This document shows, in pieces, positions 58,939-64,000 of a DNA stretch of 64,000 bases. The DNA comes from an uncultured Verrucomicrobiae bacterium (GTDB lineage Bacteria; Verrucomicrobiota; Verrucomicrobiia; Chthoniobacterales; JAFAMB01): NCBI GenBank assembly GCA_963748055.1, contig CAVVII010000003.1, forward strand, positions 68,278-132,277, read 5' to 3'. A program made the position numbers and the translations under genes. A model generated the notes under the pieces. The model was given only the letters and a program-made list of their open reading frames with translations, made no database searches and was not told where the DNA came from. The stretch's first letter is position 1. Every line of letters begins with the position of its first letter.

Positions 58939-59243
58939 AGTGGGGGGATGTCGATTATTAGTAGAATGACTCTAATATTTTTTCTTTCTTAGCAAGTTAA
59001 CTAATGGGTTAACAGACGTGGCATTTGCTTTCAGGCAGCGGCCGGCCAATCCAACCAAACCTCGAGGCGGGAATGAGCCAACGAATGCGTCTGGTCTGTA
59101 TCCTATCAACTGAAAATGCATTTTGACTACTGGGTTTCGAAATACAGGTGCGTTTTAATCACACCTTTTCACCGCTCTTTGCGATGCTTCGCGAGCGATG
59201 CGTCGATCAAGGCCATCATATTCGTTCTGTTCTAAGTGTCGGG

Positions 59244-60260
59244 TTACCTCCCTTCCGCTGGGATTGCTGTTGATCCCCGAACGTGGAGCGTCGGGGAGAT
59301 GATCACACTGGCTGGAGCTTTATTTGCAAAGCGCTCTTTTTCGTTAATGCGCCGCAGCAACAACTCGACCGCCTTTTCTCCAATCTCGCGACTCGGTTGC
59401 CCGACGGTGGTCAAGGGCGGAATCAGGTAGCGGCCCAGTTCGATGTCGTCGAAACCTATAATCGACACGTCCTGCGGCACCCGAACACCTTGTTCGAAAA
59501 GCGTCCGCCAGGCGCCTACGGCGACGATGTCATTCGTCGCAAAAACCGCGGTGGGTCTTGGCTCCTTCTTGAGTAATTCTGAAATCCGGAGACCAAACTG
59601 CAGTTCTTGATAGCCGTGCAGGACATAATCCGAGCTGATCCTAATTCCCCAACGCCGAAGCTCCGTCATAAAGCCGTCCACGCGCTCCGCGACGTTTCGA
59701 ATGTCGGCTTCGCCGCATAACAGTCCAATACAGCGATGCCCGAGTCCGGCCAGATGACGTGCCGCGAGTTGTCCACCGTAAAAGTTGTCCGTGGCGACGG
59801 AGTATTCACCGGGAACCGGACGATCGACGAAAACGATGGGCATCGAAATTCCTTTTGAGAACTGGACCGCCTTGCTCTGCTCACTATGATAAATCATCAA
59901 AATCCCGTCCACCTGTCGTCCCGCGAGATTGGCGACCTGAACCGTCTCCCGCTCGAGGTCGCGCTGTGAGATACATAAGAGCATCTGGTAACCCTTGTCC
60001 CATAAAGCGTTCTCGATCACCTGGGCGATTTCGCCAAAGAAGGGAGTAGTGTTATTCGGAATAACGAGCCCGACGGAATGTGTTGTCCGTAGCCGCAGAC
60101 CTCTGGCGCCCAGGTTCACCCGATAATTCAACGCGGCAATCGCCCGCTCAACGTTTTGCGCGGTGCCCGGCGAAACCGGCGCGCTATGGTTGATGTAATG
60201 CGAGACGGTGCTCGGTGCGACACCGGCGAGTTTCGCGACGCTTCGGATAGTAGCCTCCAT
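59244..60260 (-). CDS. LacI/GalR-family transcriptional regulator, ~338 aa
   Basis: The start is MEATIRSVAKLAGVAPSTVSHYINHS (HTH) at 60260; the ORF-track start at 60371 is an upstream extension. The sugar-binding core follows (...GLVIPNNTTPFFGE...VDGILM...ATNDIVAVGA...IIGFDD...). Confidence 0.85.
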   Translation of the reverse strand: MEATIRSVAKLAGVAPSTVSHYINHSAPVSPGTAQNVERAIAALNYRVNLGARGLRLRTTHSVGLVIPNNTTPFFGEIAQVIENALWDKGYQMLLCISQRDLERETVQVANLAGRQVDGILMIYHSEQSKAVQFSKGISMPIVFVDRPVPGEYSVATDNFYGGQLAARHLAGLGHRCIGLLCGEADIRNVAERVDGFMTELRRWGIRISSDYVLHGYQELQFGLRISELLKKEPRPTAVFATNDIVAVGAWRTLFEQGVRVPQDVSIIGFDDIELGRYLIPPLTTVGQPSREIGEKAVELLLRRINEKERFANKAPASVIISPTLHVRGSTAIPAEGR

Positions 60261-60311
60261 GGAATGTTCAAGGGGGACAATGGCAGTAGCATTCGACCTG
60301 TAGCGAGTTTG

Positions 60312-60325
60312 TTGAAACGTTTCAA
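60312..60325. promoter_or_regulatory. Perfect 14-bp palindrome TTGAAACGTTTCAA, a LacI-family-operator-like site upstream of the regulator gene
   Basis: It is self-complementary with a central CG and matches the general LacI/GalR operator shape (TGNAANCGNTTNCA). It lies 52-65 nt upstream of the ATG at 60260. Confidence 0.5.
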
Positions 60326-60464
60326 GAAATATCCGAACCAGTTTAACAATACAATGGCGCACAGAGCTCACAAAGCTCAGAAGAGGGCATAAAGGAACAA
60401 TGAAAGTTGTCCGGACGACCGATTTTCAATTCCAACCTATTTCCTAAAATCTTAAAACTTTCGC

Positions 60465-60500
60465 GACCTTCTCTGACCTTTGTGACCTTCGTGTGACCTT
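60465..60500 (+). repeat. Four phased direct repeats of (T)GACCTT
   Basis: GACCTT occurs at 60465, 60475, 60484 and 60495 (spacing 10, 9 and 11 nt). Three of the four are preceded by T. Confidence 0.5.
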
Positions 60501-60564
60501 TGAATCTCGTGAGGACACTAAGAGGGCGTCGGCGGACAACAGAAGCCCCTTTCGCGTAAGCGAA

Positions 60565-60612
60565 GGCTCCAGCCTTTGCCCGCAATGGCACCGCAGAGCA
60601 AAGGCTGGAGCC
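60565..60612. other. Perfect 15-bp stem-loop immediately upstream of the intron
   Basis: GGCTCCAGCCTTTGC (60565-60579), an 18-nt loop, then GCAAAGGCTGGAGCC (60598-60612). There is no U-tract on either strand. Confidence 0.6.
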
Positions 60613-60620
60613 TCCGCCTA

Positions 60621-61246
60621 GTGTGCCCGACATGGGTCTGAACTAATGATATGAAAGGAGATCATCGGAACTGGTGGAGGTAACCGTAGCCGAAGTGCAA
60701 GCAACAGATCGCGAGGTCTGGAGACGAAAGAAGCGCGAGGCAAACGAGCGACCGTAGGAACACGAACTGGCAGAGAGGCCGGATGCGGGCGACGAGCTGG
60801 CTAGGAACAGGCGAAGTCCAAAATCCACCAAGACGCATCAGGTAGAGCCAGACGGCGCGTTCGGAAAGAGCAGACACCTTACTCGGGGAGACCTCCGGGG
60901 TGAGAGCCCTGGAGGAGTCAGCAGAGGCCATAGTAGTGAAGAGACGCTCTGAAAGGGGCGAGGAGCGAAGGGCCGAAGAACCAAAGAGCAGAGAAAGACG
61001 AAACTGGCGAATGAAAGCCGAACAGACATGCGATACGGGAGGACGCGATAACTGCGATCACTATCCACCCGACGAAGAAGGGCCCGGTGGTGCAACCACC
61101 TCAACCTGACCGAGGGCATGCCAAGGCTAAGCGCCGCGTTCCGACTGAAGAAAGCGAGCTACAAGGTTCAACCGCCGGATGCTGAAAACGGCATGTCCGG
61201 TGGTGTGGGAGGGTTACGGTGCGCAATCGCCGTAACCCGACCCGAT
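60621..61246 (+). ncRNA. ORF-less group II intron ribozyme, class C-like (~626 nt; 3' end +/- a few nt)
   Basis: The 5' end is GTGTGCCCGACATGGGT. Domain V lies at 61172-61203, with a CGC triad, a G-U pair, a 2-nt bulge and an A-rich loop. The domain VI hairpin lies at 61207-61243, with an unpaired A at 61240, and the intron ends ...GAT. Internal blocks AGGAACACGAACT (60756-60768) and AGTCAGCAGA...CATAGTA (60916-60935) match the O. iheyensis IIC intron as I recall it. No RT-like ORF is present. Confidence 0.8.
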
Positions 61247-61399
61247 CAGGTGCAAGAATTTTCGCGGCGATCGACAGAATCGCGACAACGTCGAAATTTC
61301 AGCGAAATTGTTCAATACAAACCCGGAACCGTTCTGGTATCTTTTAGCCAGTGCGCGTTGGGCCTTCGGACTCGCCGGCCGCGACCTGCGCTTTGCCAA

Positions 61400-62275
61400 T
61401 CACGATGTTCTCCGTTTCCGTTCGACTAACTGTAGAATCAGCGGTGTCAGAATAAGCTGCATGGCCAAGTCGAGCTTGCCGCCGGGTATAACAATCGAGT
61501 TCCTTCGGGACATGAAGCTCTGGGAAATCATTGATAGCAGATAGGGAAAATCAAATCCGCGCGGCTTACTAAAGCGGATCACAACCATGGACTCATCAGG
61601 CGTCGGTATATAGCGAGCGATGAACGGGTTTGACGTGTCCACGGTTGGCACACGTTGAAAATTGATGTCGGTTTGGGTGAATTGCGGGCAGATGAACTCC
61701 ACGTAGTCCGGCATCCGGCGAAGGATTGTGTCGGTCACCGCTTCACGAGAGTGCCCTCGCGTCGTCCGGTCACGGTGAATCTTCTGGATCCATTCAAGGT
61801 TGATCACCGGCACAACGCCGATCTTGAGATCGATATGCTGAGCAATGTCGACTTGCTTTGTGACAACGGCGCCGTGCAGCCCCTCGTAAAACAGCACATC
61901 GGTATTTTCGGGCAAGTCCGCCCACTCCGTGAAGGTACCCGGTGGGGCGCCAAAAAGATCACGCTCCTCGGCGTCGTGCACGTAATGTCGCGTACGCGCC
62001 TTCCCACTCTCACCGTAGCTTCTGAACGTCTCCCCCAGCTCGTTCAGCAGATTTGCTTCGGGACCGAAATGGCTGAAATGGGCGTTGCCCTTGGTTGACT
62101 CCTCGTCAATAATCGCCTGCATTTCCTTCCGATCGTAACGATGGTAGGCATCGCCTTCGATAAAGACCGCCGTAACGTTCTCACGTAGAAAGATCTCCTC
62201 GAATGTTTTCCTGGTTGAGGTAGTGCCCGCTCCAGAAGAACCGGTCACCGAAATGATTGGGTGCTTTTTTGACAT
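61400..62275 (-). CDS. cbbP: Phosphoribulokinase, 291 aa
   Basis: MSKKHPIISVTGSSGAGTTS (P-loop)...FIEGDAYHRYDR...LFYEGLHG...INLEWIQKIHRDR... Length and motifs match bacterial class I PRK. Confidence 0.9.
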   Translation of the reverse strand: MSKKHPIISVTGSSGAGTTSTRKTFEEIFLRENVTAVFIEGDAYHRYDRKEMQAIIDEESTKGNAHFSHFGPEANLLNELGETFRSYGESGKARTRHYVHDAEERDLFGAPPGTFTEWADLPENTDVLFYEGLHGAVVTKQVDIAQHIDLKIGVVPVINLEWIQKIHRDRTTRGHSREAVTDTILRRMPDYVEFICPQFTQTDINFQRVPTVDTSNPFIARYIPTPDESMVVIRFSKPRGFDFPYLLSMISQSFMSRRNSIVIPGGKLDLAMQLILTPLILQLVERKRRTS

Positions 62276-62293
62276 CGCCGGTGTTTGCTCCGA

Positions 62294-63352
62294 TTAGAAC
62301 CGCAGTAAACCCCGTCGCGTGAATAGCGGAGCGCTCTCGGCAGAGAATTGCGGATCCGTGTGATAGCGAACAATTCGATGCACCACATCAAACGAACCAA
62401 ACACAAAGGGGGTGCGCGCGTGGAGCTCGGTCGGTCGCAGGTCTAGGATGCGGTGCACAGTGTCAATTGCGGCGCCGCCTGCCTGTTCAATCAAGAACGA
62501 AATCGGATTTGCTTCGTAAATGAGGCGATGTCTGCCAGCGACGTAGCCGAGCCGTTCATCGGCAGGGTAAAGAAAGACGCCGCCTCGTGCGAGAATGCGG
62601 TACGCTTCTGCGACCAGGGAGGCGACCCAGCGCATGTTGTAGTCTTGGGCCAATGGTCCTTCGAGTCCTGTTACGCAGTCGTCGACGTAAGCGCGAACGG
62701 AATCTCCCCAATGGCGATAATTCGAGGCGTTGATCGCGTATTCCGCCGAGTCCTGGGGAATTGAGACTTTCGGGATTGCGAGCCGGAACACACGGGTGTC
62801 GCGGTCAAGAGTGAAAATATGCACACCATCGCCGAACGTCAATGCCAGGGAAGTCTGCGGCCCGTAGATAAAGAATCCGGCGGCGATCTGGTCGTGGCCA
62901 GGCCGCAGAAAATGCTCTTCCGGTCGCGTCGCTTTGATGGCTGCAGGGAGAATAGAGAATATCGTCCCGAGCGAAACCGCAGTATCGATATTTGAGGAGT
63001 CGTCAAGCGGATCAATTGCAACAACCAAAGGAGCGGCTGGATCCAAAACGAGGGGGCAAAGGAGTTCCTTAGAGAGAATTGCGGCGACCGGAGAGCCCCG
63101 AAGAGAATCGATAAACATCTCGTTTGCGAGAACGTCAATCTTCTTTTGGCCGCCGCCGCCGGGGTTCTCGGTCCCGACGGCGGCGCCGACCCCTCCCCCG
63201 AGTTGTCCAAGCGAAATGACCCGCGCGACTTCGATCGCGTCGGAGGCTATCCGGTGAAGTACGGCCCCTGCCGCCGCCAACTTGTCATCACCCCGGTCCG
63301 ACGTGGTGAGAAACGCATCGAGATCAAGATTACATGCTGCTGCCGCTGACAT
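62294..63352 (-). CDS. cbbF: Fructose-1,6-bisphosphatase class 1 (Calvin-cycle type), ~352 aa
   Basis: ...QKKIDVLANEMF...VAIDPLDDSSNIDTAVSLGTIFSIL...YGPQTSL...EANPISFLIEQAGG... The start is MSAAAACNLD at 63352; the ORF-track start at 63388 is an extension. Confidence 0.85.
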   Translation of the reverse strand: MSAAAACNLDLDAFLTTSDRGDDKLAAAGAVLHRIASDAIEVARVISLGQLGGGVGAAVGTENPGGGGQKKIDVLANEMFIDSLRGSPVAAILSKELLCPLVLDPAAPLVVAIDPLDDSSNIDTAVSLGTIFSILPAAIKATRPEEHFLRPGHDQIAAGFFIYGPQTSLALTFGDGVHIFTLDRDTRVFRLAIPKVSIPQDSAEYAINASNYRHWGDSVRAYVDDCVTGLEGPLAQDYNMRWVASLVAEAYRILARGGVFLYPADERLGYVAGRHRLIYEANPISFLIEQAGGAAIDTVHRILDLRPTELHARTPFVFGSFDVVHRIVRYHTDPQFSAESAPLFTRRGLLRF

Positions 63353-63482
63353 TTTTGTCCAGATTTCTGATTGACATTTGCGCCACAAGACCGGTCGCCG
63401 AGTTCCCGATTAAGCCCCGGTTACGCGCTTTGAAATTAACAAGCTGGCAAAACAAAGTAAATTGAATATAATTTGTTTTCTA

Positions 63483-63498
63483 TTCAAAAAAATTTGAA
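63483..63498. promoter_or_regulatory. A/T-rich inverted repeat TTCAAA-N4-TTTGAA in the divergent cbbR-like/cbbF intergenic region (a possible LysR-type T-N11-A box)
   Basis: TTCAAAAAAATTTGAA lies 10 nt upstream of the LysR ATG and about 130 nt from the cbbF start. LysR regulators commonly bind such dyads in their divergent promoters. Confidence 0.3.
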
Positions 63499-63507
63499 AC
63501 CAGGCCG

Positions 63508-64000
63508 ATGCATAATCTGACGTTCAGACAACTGCAAACGGTCCGCGAGGTGGGCAGATGTGGCACCATGATTAAAGCCGCAGAAACCCTCTGCGTAACG
63601 CCAGCGGCTCTGACTTCTCGGGTCAAACTGCTTGAGGAGGACCTTGGGCTTCAACTGTTCGAACGTTTCGGGGGCCGTTTGCGGCTGACGGAGGCCGGCA
63701 AGGAGGTAGTTGCCGCAGCCGCTCGTATCGACAATGTCATCGCTGACCTCGTCGAAACGCTTCAAGGTACAAATGGAGTGATGGGGGGGCGCATTCGGAT
63801 TGGTGTTGGGTCGACAGCAAAATATTTTGCACCCCGGCTCATCGCTGCGTTCATGAAGCAACACCCGAAGATCGATCTTAGGCTTTCAATCGGCAATCGG
63901 AGAGACATTGTTTCTTTGCTGCGCGAATACGAGATCGATATCGCTTTGATGGGGCGCCCTCCGGAGGACTTTAGCGTAAAAAGTGAACCCATCGGACCGC
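63508..64000 (+). CDS. cbbR: LysR-family regulator (CbbR-like), N-terminal 164 codons; runs off the right edge
   Basis: MHNLTFRQLQTVREVGRCGTMIKAAETLCVTPAALTSRVKLLEEDLGLQLFER... is a LysR wHTH, followed by the start of the substrate-binding domain (...RIGVGSTAKYFAPRLIAAFMKQHPKIDLRL...). It is divergent from cbbF-cbbP. It is not in the ORF track because it has no stop in the window. Confidence 0.7.
   Translation, partial: MHNLTFRQLQTVREVGRCGTMIKAAETLCVTPAALTSRVKLLEEDLGLQLFERFGGRLRLTEAGKEVVAAAARIDNVIADLVETLQGTNGVMGGRIRIGVGSTAKYFAPRLIAAFMKQHPKIDLRLSIGNRRDIVSLLREYEIDIALMGRPPEDFSVKSEPIGP

Noticed and set aside
59111-59126. The near-palindrome TGAAAATGCATTTTGA between the LacI gene and the SBP gene, considered as a second operator.
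   Set aside because: It is imperfect at the outer positions, has a TGCA rather than a CG centre, and lies about 175 nt from the SBP start. It is plausible but weaker than the perfect palindrome at 60312-60325. The GTTAAC-N6-GTTAAC at 58996-59013 is similarly uncertain.
60900-61109. A 69-aa + strand ORF inside the intron, considered as a possible remnant intron-encoded protein.
   Set aside because: It is Arg/Glu-rich and low-complexity, with no RT motifs (no YADD-like block) and no maturase or HNH features. It is most likely a chance ORF in structured RNA.
60621-61246. The purine-rich ORF-less kilobase was considered as an rRNA fragment, RNase P RNA, tmRNA, a large riboswitch, or other known large ncRNA.
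   Set aside because: I could not find the hallmark motifs of those RNAs, such as the RNase P GGAAAGUCC-type core or a tmRNA tag ORF and acceptor end. The 5' GUGUG, domain V and domain VI features fit a group II intron instead.
1-64000. A scan for CRISPR arrays, tRNA or rRNA genes, toxin-antitoxin pairs, restriction-modification genes, retrons or DGRs, and integrase or phage genes.
   Set aside because: I saw no regularly spaced repeat array, no cloverleaf-like or rRNA-like sequence, and no reverse transcriptase, integrase, methyltransferase or typical small TA pair in the ORF track. Absence is judged by eye only.

Overview
This is a 64-kb window from a moderately GC-rich bacterial replicon. 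GC was eyeballed, not computed, and the taxon cannot be assigned from the sequence alone. I saw no rRNA, tRNA or CRISPR array.

The window reads as an accessory carbohydrate/polyol-utilisation region that is heavily colonised by insertion sequences and visibly decaying. Content from left to right:
- a partial GH127-like hydrolase
- three remnants of a ribose-type ABC transporter
- an IS630 remnant carrying an IS200 insertion
- a glpF-glpK-glpD operon in which every gene is frameshifted
- a lone MalK-like ATPase
- a minus-strand cluster: dhaL, dhaK (broken), RpiB-like isomerase (broken), Zn-polyol dehydrogenase, two ABC ATPases, two permeases (broken), a binding protein (broken), and a second Zn-dehydrogenase
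- an ISAs1-like element whose transposase is fused to a DUF4338 domain and is split by an IS1634-like IS
- a ribose-type ABC operon plus an SDR
- a patch of five gene fragments
- an IS4-family element split by a 2.2-kb two-gene IS (DUF4338 plus an ISKra4-like transposase)
- another transposase fragment
- an IS701-family IS
- dhaL-like and TIM-like genes, a chimeric binding protein, and a broken rbsA/rbsC pair
- an intact CUT1-type ABC operon plus a PfkB kinase
- a second copy of the DUF4338/ISKra4-like IS, which carries an IS701 copy that in turn carries an IS630 copy
- more gene remnants
- a truncated ABC operon with its LacI regulator
- an ORF-less class C group II intron behind a stem-loop
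- cbbP-cbbF with a divergent CbbR-like LysR gene at the right edge

The observations I consider most worth following up are:
1. A DruA-like DUF4338 gene is linked to two unrelated transposase families: it sits inside the inverted repeats of the ISKra4-like IS, and it is fused in one reading frame to the ISAs1-family transposase.
2. The ORF-less IIC intron.
3. An erythritol/threitol-like gene set is present in several differentially decayed paralogous copies.
4. An ABC ATPase pair shows co-varying degenerate motifs.
5. Frameshifts are distributed very unevenly, which argues for real pseudogenisation but needs read-level confirmation.

I did not find a clear new defence or multi-gene system beyond these. 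All family assignments rest on motif recognition by eye, not on searches.
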